A DNA stretch of 64,000 nt, taken from positions 44,575 through 108,574 of the forward strand of contig JANXDO010000001.1 in NCBI GenBank assembly GCA_025059375.1. The letters are read 5' to 3'. Positions 37,796 through 47,155 of the stretch are shown one piece after another (within the stretch, counting starts at the first letter, position 1; each line of letters begins with the position of its first letter). The translations under genes were made by a program, and so were the position numbers. The notes below the pieces were generated by a model, which saw nothing but the letters and a program-made list of their open reading frames with translations, was not told the DNA's origin and made no database searches. The stretch is from Candidatus Nezhaarchaeota archaeon (lineage in GTDB: Archaea; Thermoproteota; Methanomethylicia; Nezhaarchaeales; WYZ-LMO8).

Positions 37796-38703
37796 TGGAA
37801 AGGATATTGAGATGGAGAAACTACGTAGCGATACCATTAAGATCAACACTGTGGAGGCCAAAGACCGACTTCAAGCAAGAAATTGTTACGCTAATAGGGA
37901 ACATAGCGTCAAATGGAGATTACCTGGTCGTCTCGGAGAAGGCCTTGTCAACGGCTTTAGGCTTACTATACGATGAATCAGTGATACCTTCAGATCCATA
38001 CAGCAAGTTAATGACCTTTCTGATAAGCAGGATACTATGGGGTAAATTGTTAGGTGTAATGTGTAGGTTATCTCACGATACCATGGAGCTTCTTAGTAAG
38101 TACCCAATTCCTGAGGGTACAAGACATAAGAAGCTTGCATTAAGAATTGGAGGGCCCCTACAGGCCCTCAAGCCTACATCAGAGGCTGGAATTGACACCA
38201 CCAATGTCCCAGCACACTTAGTTTCATTACCATTGACAAAGCCGTTTAATGTGGCTCATGAGATCAGGGAGCACATATTTGAGAAGCTGGGAATATACTT
38301 GAAGGTAGTTATAGTTGATAGCGATAAATGCTATAAGTTGAAGCCTGTTTCAAACCTAATTCTAACATCTAGAAAGACAGAGCTACCATCATCAATAAAC
38401 TTAGGCTTCTTATCGTTTCTTATCGCAAGGACGCTTAGGAAGCTATTTAGCCCTTATGCAACGCCAATAGGCTTCTCGCCACCAAACTTAAGCATTGATG
38501 AACTCCTTATAGTCTCTGAACTAGCTGATAGAGCGCGCGGCGTAGGTGCTGGAAGAACCCTACACGAAATGGAGAGGACTTTTGGGATTAAAGCGATTAA
38601 CATTACATGGAGTCTGCTAGGCTCTATCCCCCATTATCCAATAGTCATAGTTAAAAAGATTGGAAAGATTAAGAGGTCTCAACAGCCTTCAAGGCATCCT
38701 TAA
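37792..38703 (+). CDS. divergent CofE-superfamily (F420-0:gamma-glutamyl ligase-like) protein
   Basis: GDYLVVSEKALS and EAGIDTTNVPAHLVSLPL...KVVIVDSD parallel the CofE blocks. It is 303 aa, longer than a typical CofE. GTGA overlap with the RimK-like gene. Confidence 0.55.
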   Translation: MMERILRWRNYVAIPLRSTLWRPKTDFKQEIVTLIGNIASNGDYLVVSEKALSTALGLLYDESVIPSDPYSKLMTFLISRILWGKLLGVMCRLSHDTMELLSKYPIPEGTRHKKLALRIGGPLQALKPTSEAGIDTTNVPAHLVSLPLTKPFNVAHEIREHIFEKLGIYLKVVIVDSDKCYKLKPVSNLILTSRKTELPSSINLGFLSFLIARTLRKLFSPYATPIGFSPPNLSIDELLIVSELADRARGVGAGRTLHEMERTFGIKAINITWSLLGSIPHYPIVIVKKIGKIKRSQQPSRHP

Positions 38704-39598
38704 GGTATATCTTATAAGGTCCAAGCTTACCGCCATAGTTACCAGCTGTAACCTTCACAACTCCCTTAACGCTACAGGCGGCTTTAATCCCTACACCCGT
38801 AGCCTTTGTAACCGACTCTAAGTCCAACCCATTAATCACTATCTCCATGACACTTTTCACGTTCTCAGGTATCTTTGTGTCTGGAACCCTATCCCTTATT
38901 GAAGGGCAGTATAAGTGGTTTGTCGTAGCAGCTAGCTTCGGGTACTTTAGGGATCCAACCTTAGAACCTGACCTTACTATGCCTCCAGGAAATGGAAGTA
39001 TAACGTTCTTGCACTTACTTGAAATCTCTTCTACAGCTTTCTCAGCAGCCTCTAATGCAGCCTCGCGACTTGAAGCTAGTATGAATAGGTTTCCACCGGC
39101 TACAGCTTTAATGACGCCTACAGCGTCTTCAACTATGAACTCACCCTCCATGACTGGTATCCTCCACACCACCTTACCGTACATGGCGTCCTTAACTTCA
39201 TAGCCATCGCCAAACTTTGCTAGGGCCTCGCCTATGTGCATCTTCCTCTTAGCTTTAGGTACACCATCAAAAAGTGCCGTTGTAGGGCAAGTTAAAATGC
39301 ACTGACCCACTCTGACGATAGTTTGGAGCTTCAATTCAGGCACAGACCTATGGTATATCTGTATTAAAGCTCCTACCCTTCCATCAGGTGTTCTATCTGG
39401 TGGCACAAGCCTCTCTAGTCCAGCCTCAGCTGGAGACATTATTATTGAGGTGGCAAAACCCGTTGAGACCCTTGCTGCAGTCAAAGCCCACTTCTCATTC
39501 AAGGCTGTTATAAGCAGCCTCGTAGCGTACATGGGGAACGCTTCAGCAAACGTGTCTTCAACCTCAACCTCTCCAACCTTAAACGACAAGCACCTCAC
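38669..39598 (-). CDS. ftr: formylmethanofuran--tetrahydromethanopterin N-formyltransferase
   Basis: VEVEDTFAEAFPMYATRLLITA N-terminal block. 309 aa. Confidence 0.9.
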   Translation of the reverse strand: MRCLSFKVGEVEVEDTFAEAFPMYATRLLITALNEKWALTAARVSTGFATSIIMSPAEAGLERLVPPDRTPDGRVGALIQIYHRSVPELKLQTIVRVGQCILTCPTTALFDGVPKAKRKMHIGEALAKFGDGYEVKDAMYGKVVWRIPVMEGEFIVEDAVGVIKAVAGGNLFILASSREAALEAAEKAVEEISSKCKNVILPFPGGIVRSGSKVGSLKYPKLAATTNHLYCPSIRDRVPDTKIPENVKSVMEIVINGLDLESVTKATGVGIKAACSVKGVVKVTAGNYGGKLGPYKIYLKDALKAVETS

Positions 39599-39689
39599 CA
39601 GGCTTTATTTCTCTAAGAATTAGCGCTTAAGCTTTAAACTCTAGCCAGAAACGGAAAATTTTTTCAAATTTTAAATATGGAAACTTGTT

Positions 39690-40556
39690 TTGGTGCCGGA
39701 TTTGAGCCAACAAACTCCTATTAGAGTAGGTATTGTAAAGTTAGGTTGCATTGGCTGCTCACCGCTTTTCGAGTATTTACTTGATGAGAGGGCGGACAGA
39801 GATGACATAACCGTCAGGGTTGTAACATGTGGAGCTAAGATGACACCAGAGGAGGCTGAATCTGTCGTAAGAATGCTAGAGCCATTTAAGCCTCAATTAA
39901 TAATTATCATAAGCCCTAATGCTGCTCTTCCAGGACCTACAAAGGCTAGGGAGGTAGCTAAGACGCTTAATGCACCAGTGGTCATAATAACTGATGCGCC
40001 AGCAAAAAAGGCTGCTAGCAAGTTTGAGGAGGGAGGTTTTGGCTACATAATAGTTGAGGCAGACTCCATGATTGGTGCTCGAAGAGAGTTTCTAGATCCA
40101 GCGGAGATGGCACTATTCAATGCTGACATAATAAGAGTACTAGCTATAACTGGAGTCTTTAACCTAATGGTTAAGACCATGGACGAAATGATCTCCGCCA
40201 TTAAGAGGGGTGAGGAAGTAAAGTTACCAAAAATCATAGTTACCAAGGAGCTCGCAATTGAAAATGCAGGTTTCTCTAATCCATACGCTCTAGCCAAGGC
40301 TATGGCTGCATACGAAGCCTCAAGAAAAGTTGCAGATCTAACAACCGAAGGCTGCTTTAAGGTTCAGGAGTGGGAGAAGTACATACCACTCGTAGCCGCA
40401 GGTCATGAGCTTATGAGGTACGCAGCTAAGTTAGCTGATGAAGCTAGAGAAATCGAGAAGGGCATCGATCAAGTGATGAGGATGCCTCATAGGGCAAGTG
40501 GCGAGCTAGCTGTCAAGAGGAAGCTAGTAGAGAAGCTTCCCCCGAAGCGTGGGTAG
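39690..40556 (+). CDS. mtd: F420-dependent methylenetetrahydromethanopterin dehydrogenase
   Basis: VGIVKLGCIGCSPLFEYLLDERADRDDI matches the Mtd N-terminus. The start is uncertain (GTG 39690 or TTG 39699). Confidence 0.88.
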   Translation: MVPDLSQQTPIRVGIVKLGCIGCSPLFEYLLDERADRDDITVRVVTCGAKMTPEEAESVVRMLEPFKPQLIIIISPNAALPGPTKAREVAKTLNAPVVIITDAPAKKAASKFEEGGFGYIIVEADSMIGARREFLDPAEMALFNADIIRVLAITGVFNLMVKTMDEMISAIKRGEEVKLPKIIVTKELAIENAGFSNPYALAKAMAAYEASRKVADLTTEGCFKVQEWEKYIPLVAAGHELMRYAAKLADEAREIEKGIDQVMRMPHRASGELAVKRKLVEKLPPKRG

Positions 40557-40562
40557 TGACCG

Positions 40563-42305
40563 ATGCCACAATTAGAAGTTACACTAGTAACAGGAAGGAC
40601 ATTAAAACAAGGCTCTCAAATAGAAACCGATCGCTTTAGTAAAGACTACGTTGATGCAGCTGCCATATGCTTCATGAACCCAGATGACATGGCAGTGCTC
40701 GGGGTTAAAGAGGGCCTCAACGTGAGAGTGACAACCGAGGTTGGGTCGACAGTAGTTAAGGCAACTGCTTACAAAGGCAATCCAAGAGGACTAGTATTTA
40801 TACCGCTAGGGCCATGGGCGAACGCACTAATACCTGCCAAGACAAGGGGTACTGGCATGCCATTCTTCAAAAGTATTAAAGCGACAGTAGAACCGACAAA
40901 AGATCCGATACCAATGGTCGAAGAGATCGTTTTAAGTAACTCCGGCAAGAAGCCCTTAAAGGTCCCTGTAGAGTACATGATGAGCCCCGCCGACTTCAAG
41001 GGTGAGGGGGTTATTGAGAACCATGTTTGTACGATATGTGCTTGCGACTGCGACGACTTAGTACTTGAAATTAAGGGAGGAATAATAACGAACGTAAAGA
41101 ATGCTTGTGCAAGATCGCTAGCAAAGTTTAAGTCTTATGCTGTTGATAGGGTCAAAACGCCCCTCATAAGGGTCGGTGATGAGCTAAGGCCCGTTAGCTA
41201 TGATGAGGCGATATCGAGGGCAGCTAAGATCCTCGTAGATGCTAAGTACCCCTTGCTTTTCGGTTGGAGTGAGACCTCGAATGAGGCTACGAGACTTGGA
41301 GTTAGGCTAGCAGAGCTTGTGGGTGGTGTAATTGACAACCTATCAACATTCTGTCACGGCCCCTCAATTATGGGTGTACAGCAATTCGGCATAGTTACTT
41401 CCACGTTGGGGAACATAAGGGACAACGCTGATTTAATGGTCTTCTGGGGCTGTAACCCTCCAGCTTCACATCCAAGACACTTCGTCAGGTACTCAGCTCT
41501 AGCTAGGGGATTTAAGGTGAAGAGTAGGGCAGAGAGGAAGATAATAGTCGTTGATGTAAGAGAGACCGAAGCTTCAAGAATTGCAGACATGTTCGTTAGG
41601 GTTGAGCCAAACATGGACTACGAGCTTCTAACAGCACTATTAATGATTGTGAAGGGGCTAGAAATAGAGGACGAAGAGGTTGCCGGCGTTCCAAGAGAGA
41701 CGATAGTGAAGATGGCCGACATGATGATGTCAGCCAAGTTCGGCGTAATATTCTACGGTCTAGGCTTAACAACCACATCCGTTAGGAATAGAAATATTGA
41801 AGCAGCTATAAAGCTCGTCCAAGCTCTAAACGATTGGACTCTCTTCAGCTTAAACATTATGAGAGGTCATTGGAACGTAGCCGGAAGTAACCAGGTTTTA
41901 GCCTGGCTAACTGGATACCCATACGCTGTAGATTTGAGTAGAGGTTATCCAAGATATAGTCCGGGCGTAACATCAACGATAGACCTGCTTTTTAGAGGGG
42001 AGGTCGATGCAGCCATGATAGTAGCTAGTGATCCTGCAGCTCACTTCCCAGCTCAAGCCCTAAGACACTTAGCCAAGATACCACTGATAGTGGTAGACCC
42101 TAAGTGGTCGCTCACAGCTAGCATAGCTGACGTGTACATACCGACGAGAATGGTTGGTGTGGATGCTGAGGGGTCATGCTATAGAATGGATAATGTGGCA
42201 TTGAGGATCAGAAAGGCGCTTGAGACCGATGGGTTGATGGACGATGTTGAGCTCCTTGAGAAGCTGATAGATAAGGTTAAGGAGGTTAAGGCCCATGCGG
42301 CATGA
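40563..42305 (+). CDS. fwdB: formylmethanofuran dehydrogenase subunit D-subunit B fusion
   Basis: The N-terminal region of about 130 aa is FwdD-like (molybdopterin-dinucleotide-binding barrel; LVFIPLGPWAN). The remainder is FwdB-like, with the VCTICACDCDD Fe-S motif and the DNLSTFCHGPS active-site Cys context. Confidence 0.85.
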   Translation: MPQLEVTLVTGRTLKQGSQIETDRFSKDYVDAAAICFMNPDDMAVLGVKEGLNVRVTTEVGSTVVKATAYKGNPRGLVFIPLGPWANALIPAKTRGTGMPFFKSIKATVEPTKDPIPMVEEIVLSNSGKKPLKVPVEYMMSPADFKGEGVIENHVCTICACDCDDLVLEIKGGIITNVKNACARSLAKFKSYAVDRVKTPLIRVGDELRPVSYDEAISRAAKILVDAKYPLLFGWSETSNEATRLGVRLAELVGGVIDNLSTFCHGPSIMGVQQFGIVTSTLGNIRDNADLMVFWGCNPPASHPRHFVRYSALARGFKVKSRAERKIIVVDVRETEASRIADMFVRVEPNMDYELLTALLMIVKGLEIEDEEVAGVPRETIVKMADMMMSAKFGVIFYGLGLTTTSVRNRNIEAAIKLVQALNDWTLFSLNIMRGHWNVAGSNQVLAWLTGYPYAVDLSRGYPRYSPGVTSTIDLLFRGEVDAAMIVASDPAAHFPAQALRHLAKIPLIVVDPKWSLTASIADVYIPTRMVGVDAEGSCYRMDNVALRIRKALETDGLMDDVELLEKLIDKVKEVKAHAA

Positions 42306-44010
42306 ACCCATAATAATTAAGGGAGGATACGTCATAGATCCATTGAACAAGATAGACTGTGAAGTCATGGACATAGGGGTAGCGAACGGGAAGATCGTGG
42401 ACCCCTCAACAATAGAGCATAAGGCCAAGGTGATAGATGCCAAGGGCAAGACCGTAATGCCTGGAGGAATAGACATACACTCGCATGTTGCCGGCCCCAA
42501 GTTCAACGCTGGTAGAATAATGATGCCGCCAGATCATAGAAGGGCTTGGATTAGAGCAACGTTAGATAGAAAATCTGCAGTCGGGTTAACAGTACCATCG
42601 ACGACATTCATAGGCTTCAGGTACGCGCAAATGGGATGGACTACGGTGATAGAGCCTGCAACGCCACCCTTCAAGACAAGACATACTCATGAAGAGCTCG
42701 ATGACATACCCATACTCGATAAAGCTTGCTTCCCACTATTTGCAAATAGCAGGATAGTTTTGGACCTCATTAGTAGAGGGGATTTCAACAAGCTTAAGGG
42801 CTACATAGCTTGGCTTCTCAACGCGGTTAAAGGCTACGCCATCAAGATAGTCAACCCTGGTGTCGCTGAACCAACGTGGTGGAACAAGTACATAGGTTTA
42901 GACCTCGACGATCAAATACCTGAATTCGGAATAACACCGAGAGAAATCGTTAGAACACTATGCCGAGCCTCTCTCGAGCTTAAGCTACCCCATCAAATAC
43001 ACGTTCACTGCAATAGGCTAGGCTTCCCAGGGAACTATGTGTCGACCCTAAAGACCATGGACTGCGTCTCAGACCTCTACAAGGGCGATAGGCCAATAAT
43101 CCACATAACTCACGTACAGTTTACTGGGTACGCGGGGACATCATGGGCTAACTTAGCATCTGGAGGAGAAGAAATAGCTAACTACTTAAATGCTCATAAC
43201 CACGTAACCCTTGACTTAGGTCAAGTAATATTCGGTGATGCGGTCACTATGACAGCTGACGCACCGTTTGAGTATGTTCTGTATCACATACTAATGGGCA
43301 AGTGGCACACAACTATGACTGAAGCAGAGGCAACAGCTGGCGTAGTACCATATACATATAGGAGAAACAACTACGTAAACACGGTACAGTGGTGCGTGGG
43401 GCTTGACGTAGCCCTCCTAACGAAAGATCCATGGAAGATAGTATTTGCAACAGACAACCCAAATGCTGGTAGATTCACAAAGTATCCAACAGGCCTTTCG
43501 TGGCTGGTGAGCAGGAAGGCTAGAGAAGAAGAGATGAAGAGGGTGAATAAGAGGGGTCTAAAATACGCCGCACTACCATCAATAGATAGGGAGTACACAC
43601 TTTACGACCTTGCCATAGTGACTAGAGCTGCGCCAGCAAGAATAGTTGGACTCGAGAAGCAGAAGGGTCACCTTGGAATTGGGGCTGATGCAGACATAGC
43701 AGTATACGATTTAGACCCAACTAGGGTTGACGTATCAAGAGATTATAAGGCCCTCATCAAGGCCCTTAGAAGAGCTTATTGCACGATAAAGTCGGGTGTC
43801 GTGGTAGTCAGGGATGGCGTGGTCGTGGAGCCGGAGTTCTATGGAGTGACGTATTATGTTGATGCAACAAAGGCTCTTGACCCCGATCTCTACAGTGAGA
43901 CCGTGAAGCACTTAAAGAGCGTGTTTCCGCAACTGTACACAGTAGCTTACGATAACTACATAATAAGTGATAGGGAGATTAGAAGACCGCTTAAGGTGGA
44001 GGTGAGGTGA
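42295..44010 (+). CDS. fwdA: formylmethanofuran dehydrogenase subunit A (amidohydrolase)
   Basis: PGGIDIHSHVAGPK metal-binding motif. 571 aa. Confidence 0.9.
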   Translation: MRHEPIIIKGGYVIDPLNKIDCEVMDIGVANGKIVDPSTIEHKAKVIDAKGKTVMPGGIDIHSHVAGPKFNAGRIMMPPDHRRAWIRATLDRKSAVGLTVPSTTFIGFRYAQMGWTTVIEPATPPFKTRHTHEELDDIPILDKACFPLFANSRIVLDLISRGDFNKLKGYIAWLLNAVKGYAIKIVNPGVAEPTWWNKYIGLDLDDQIPEFGITPREIVRTLCRASLELKLPHQIHVHCNRLGFPGNYVSTLKTMDCVSDLYKGDRPIIHITHVQFTGYAGTSWANLASGGEEIANYLNAHNHVTLDLGQVIFGDAVTMTADAPFEYVLYHILMGKWHTTMTEAEATAGVVPYTYRRNNYVNTVQWCVGLDVALLTKDPWKIVFATDNPNAGRFTKYPTGLSWLVSRKAREEEMKRVNKRGLKYAALPSIDREYTLYDLAIVTRAAPARIVGLEKQKGHLGIGADADIAVYDLDPTRVDVSRDYKALIKALRRAYCTIKSGVVVVRDGVVVEPEFYGVTYYVDATKALDPDLYSETVKHLKSVFPQLYTVAYDNYIISDREIRRPLKVEVR

Positions 44011-44873
44011 AGATGCCCTCATTATTACTGAACTTGGTTAAGGACCCTGGTGTCCCAGTTGAAGTTGAGGAGGTGACGCCAGACAAAATAGCTGGCTTAA
44101 CATTAAGTGAGCTATCAAAGATGGTTGTATGGGTTGGAAATAAGCAGCTTAAACTGAGCGACGTCTTCGTTATTGAGGGTGAAGCTGCCTCAAAGCCTGT
44201 GGAGGTTAAGATAGTATTCAAGGGACATACCAATAGGCTTAGACGAGTTGGTGAAAAGATGAGCGCTGGAGAAGTGGAAGTTCAAGGAGACGTAGGAGCT
44301 TACGCTGGAAGGAAGATGAAAGGAGGTAAGCTGGTAATTAGAGGTTCAACAGGGCCTTTACTAGGATCTAAAATGTATGACGGCACAATAGAGGTTTATG
44401 GCTCAGCTGGAGATAGAGTTGGTGGCTCATATCGAGGTGAGCTCCCGGCAAGGGGAATGAAGGGGGGAACGATAGTAATTCATGGAGATGCCGGCGCTGA
44501 AGTGGGCCTCGGCATGAGAGGAGGGACCATAATAGTCAACGGCTCATGCGATGTCATGCCCGGCCTTGACATGAGAGGGGGGACGATACTGATCAAAGGC
44601 AGCTGTGAGGGTAAAGCCGGTGCTAGAATGACTGGAGGCAGAGTCGTTATAATTGGAAGGCTACCAAACATCCTCCCCGGCTTCTACGCAGACGAGGTAA
44701 GACCATCAATGAAGATAGCCGGAGAAAAGATAGATGGCCCCCTGCTAGTGTTTGTCGGTGATGCAGTAGCAAGTGAGAGGTGTGGAGGTAGACTCATAGT
44801 TAACCTGAAAAACAATCCACACCTAAAGAGGTATGAAGAGCTTGCCGAACAAAAGTTTTCATTCGAAATATAA
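44007..44873 (+). CDS. fwdC: formylmethanofuran dehydrogenase subunit C
   Basis: Repeated G-x-G beta-helix units (MKGGKLVIRG, MKGGTIVIHGDAG, MRGGTIIVNG, MRGGTILIKG, MTGGRVVIIG). Confidence 0.9.
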   Translation: MKMPSLLLNLVKDPGVPVEVEEVTPDKIAGLTLSELSKMVVWVGNKQLKLSDVFVIEGEAASKPVEVKIVFKGHTNRLRRVGEKMSAGEVEVQGDVGAYAGRKMKGGKLVIRGSTGPLLGSKMYDGTIEVYGSAGDRVGGSYRGELPARGMKGGTIVIHGDAGAEVGLGMRGGTIIVNGSCDVMPGLDMRGGTILIKGSCEGKAGARMTGGRVVIIGRLPNILPGFYADEVRPSMKIAGEKIDGPLLVFVGDAVASERCGGRLIVNLKNNPHLKRYEELAEQKFSFEI

Positions 44874-44923
44874 CCTCCCTCTTTATTAAAATTAAAAGAG
44901 AGATGAGGACGTTGATGTAGGGT

Positions 44924-45919
44924 TCATCTAAATGCTGGTATGATCTTCTTCCCTATTATATCGATTGCAGCTTTCTTCTTAGGACCTAGAGGTGAGCCCG
45001 CGACGAATTGTGTTACTCCCATCTTCATTAGTTGCTCGATCCTCGATATGCACTCCTCTGGTGTTCCCGAAACTGAAAAAGCTTCTAAAGCCTTATCAGA
45101 CACAGCTTTTCCAGCCTTAGGTATGTCACCTTTAGCTAAGCTGCTCCTAATAATCTCAGTTTCTTCCTTAGTGATTCCGTGCCTTTCAAGGATACTATCC
45201 GGCGACCCGGCAATTATGAATGCAACAACAACTTTAGCCGCATCCCTGGCTTTAACTGGGTCTTCATCGACTGATAAGGCTGCATAGGCCACAACATCTA
45301 CACTCTCCATCCTCTTACCAGCCTTCTGGACGCCATCCCTTATGTACTTGATAGCGTATTCGAAATCCTTGGGGTGCGAAGCGTTAATTAAAACGCCGTC
45401 GCCTACGGCACCTGCAAGCTCGAGCATTTTAGGTCCTTGAGCCCCTATGTAGATTGGTATTGGTGTAGAAGGCTTAAAGCTGAGCTTAGCGTTGGCAATA
45501 TTAAACACGTCTCCACCAAAAATCACGACCTCACCAGCCCATAACTTCCTAATTATCTCGACAGCTTCTCTAACCGCCGTTAACGGCTTGTCTAGACTTA
45601 TTCCAAGCTGACCTAATGTTGATCTATCGCCTGGCCCCAACCCTAAAACAGCTCTACCATTACTTACCTCGTTAAGCGTTGCCATAGCTGAAGCGGTCCA
45701 AGCAGGGTGTATGTGGAATGGGTTAGTTACGCCTGGACCAAGCCTAATCCTCTTGGTATTTAGTGCTGCAATCGCTAATGCTATGTAGACGCACCTATTG
45801 TTGTAATGATCTGTCACCCACACATAATCAAAGCCCGCATTCTCCGCTTGAACTATTGAGCTTACCAGCCCATCAACCGAAGTCGTGGGGACAAACTCTA
45901 TACCGAACTTCAAGGGCAC
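44924..45919 (-). CDS. mer: F420-dependent 5,10-methylenetetrahydromethanopterin reductase
   Basis: LKFGIEFVP N-terminus and a luciferase-like TIM barrel with GLGPGD. 331 aa. Confidence 0.9.
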   Translation of the reverse strand: MPLKFGIEFVPTTSVDGLVSSIVQAENAGFDYVWVTDHYNNRCVYIALAIAALNTKRIRLGPGVTNPFHIHPAWTASAMATLNEVSNGRAVLGLGPGDRSTLGQLGISLDKPLTAVREAVEIIRKLWAGEVVIFGGDVFNIANAKLSFKPSTPIPIYIGAQGPKMLELAGAVGDGVLINASHPKDFEYAIKYIRDGVQKAGKRMESVDVVAYAALSVDEDPVKARDAAKVVVAFIIAGSPDSILERHGITKEETEIIRSSLAKGDIPKAGKAVSDKALEAFSVSGTPEECISRIEQLMKMGVTQFVAGSPLGPKKKAAIDIIGKKIIPAFR

Positions 45920-46127
45920 ATGAAGCCACCTCCTAATGTTGACCAGAAGACCACATCATAACTGTGCATAGCTCGCGACTTAAAACTTCTTTTTCTCATG
46001 GTTAAATTACCTACCCTCTCCTTAGCACTCATACTCAACAATAAGCCTAGTTAATACGCCACTACCTCAGCGGCAAGTAAGTTGCACAGCCATTGGTAAA
46101 GTTGAGCTTGAAATGAGAAAAAGTTAT

Positions 46128-47087
46128 TTAAAGTTCCATGGATTTCTTAAGCATCTCTGGGTTTACCTTTCCTCCAACGTAAGTCTTGCCGGTTTTCTTA
46201 CTTGTGAGCGTTAGCTTGCCTATTGTGAAGAATGATGGATCGAGCTTTGACCAATCAAAGTTTACCGCCTTAAGCGCCTCATAGGAGGTCTTTCCATAAT
46301 CAGACCATGCGGTAGCGGGTGCCCTCATTAAAAACTCTCGTAGCTTGGATTCCTCCTCATCTATCACGTAGCTTCCAGTACCGCCATAGAGTAAGGCATC
46401 CTCCTCTCTAGCGGTTGATACGCCTACGTCTGGATGTGGAGGCATTATGGGCGCTGAGCCGCTTGCATAAATAACCTTGTTTGGATCTAAGCCTAAGAAC
46501 TCAAGCCTATAAAGACCGGTCTCAACAACTCTGCCTGATACTTGAACTGAGCCGGCCATGGATGCCGTGGTTGTCAAAACCATGTAAAGGTTCTTAGGTT
46601 CAACCTTGCACTCAGCTGCAACTTTTTGAGCCACATCGTCTGTTGGTTTTCTAGTAGTCTCCATGACTATTACAGCTTCATTATGCTCGTCCTTATAGCC
46701 TAGCTTTTCAAATACCTTCTTTGGCTTGAGCGCAAGAGCCCTTGCTGGTCCAGATGATGGTGCAAAGAAATCTCCAACTTTAACCATCCATCCAGCTAAC
46801 TGGGAGCCTAGAAGCGATATGGCTGGGTGATCTGTGGCCACGACGATGGCCGGTAGCTCCATGTCCCCATAGACTTGATAGGTAAGCCAACATCTGGCTA
46901 GCCCCCCTAGGCATATCTCGGTAAGTTTAAGTCCAGCTAAGTATCCCCCAACAGCCTCTAAACCCGTGTCTATTACTGTAGCTCCGCACGGCAACTTTTC
47001 AACTTTAACTCTATATTCCTCTCGACCATCCATTAGCTCACTAACTATCTTCATAGCTAGACGGTTAATGCTAATCAAGTCCACCAC
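46128..47087 (-). CDS. mch: methenyltetrahydromethanopterin cyclohydrolase
   Basis: SINRLAMKIV...GATVIDTG N-terminus and 319-aa length are typical of Mch. Confidence 0.9.
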   Translation of the reverse strand: MVDLISINRLAMKIVSELMDGREEYRVKVEKLPCGATVIDTGLEAVGGYLAGLKLTEICLGGLARCWLTYQVYGDMELPAIVVATDHPAISLLGSQLAGWMVKVGDFFAPSSGPARALALKPKKVFEKLGYKDEHNEAVIVMETTRKPTDDVAQKVAAECKVEPKNLYMVLTTTASMAGSVQVSGRVVETGLYRLEFLGLDPNKVIYASGSAPIMPPHPDVGVSTAREEDALLYGGTGSYVIDEEESKLREFLMRAPATAWSDYGKTSYEALKAVNFDWSKLDPSFFTIGKLTLTSKKTGKTYVGGKVNPEMLKKSMEL

Positions 47088-47155
47088 CTAGTAGATAGTT
47101 CTCACCATGACTTGCTAGATATCTTTTGCTAGGACCTTCGCATTATTGAGTGAGT

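Noticed and set aside
40563-42305. Selenocysteine or pyrrolysine recoding in fwdB, hdrA or the methyltransferases.
   Set aside because: The reading frames are uninterrupted. The FwdB active site and the HdrA positions that are Sec in some methanogens are encoded by Cys codons here. No in-frame TGA or TAG is present.
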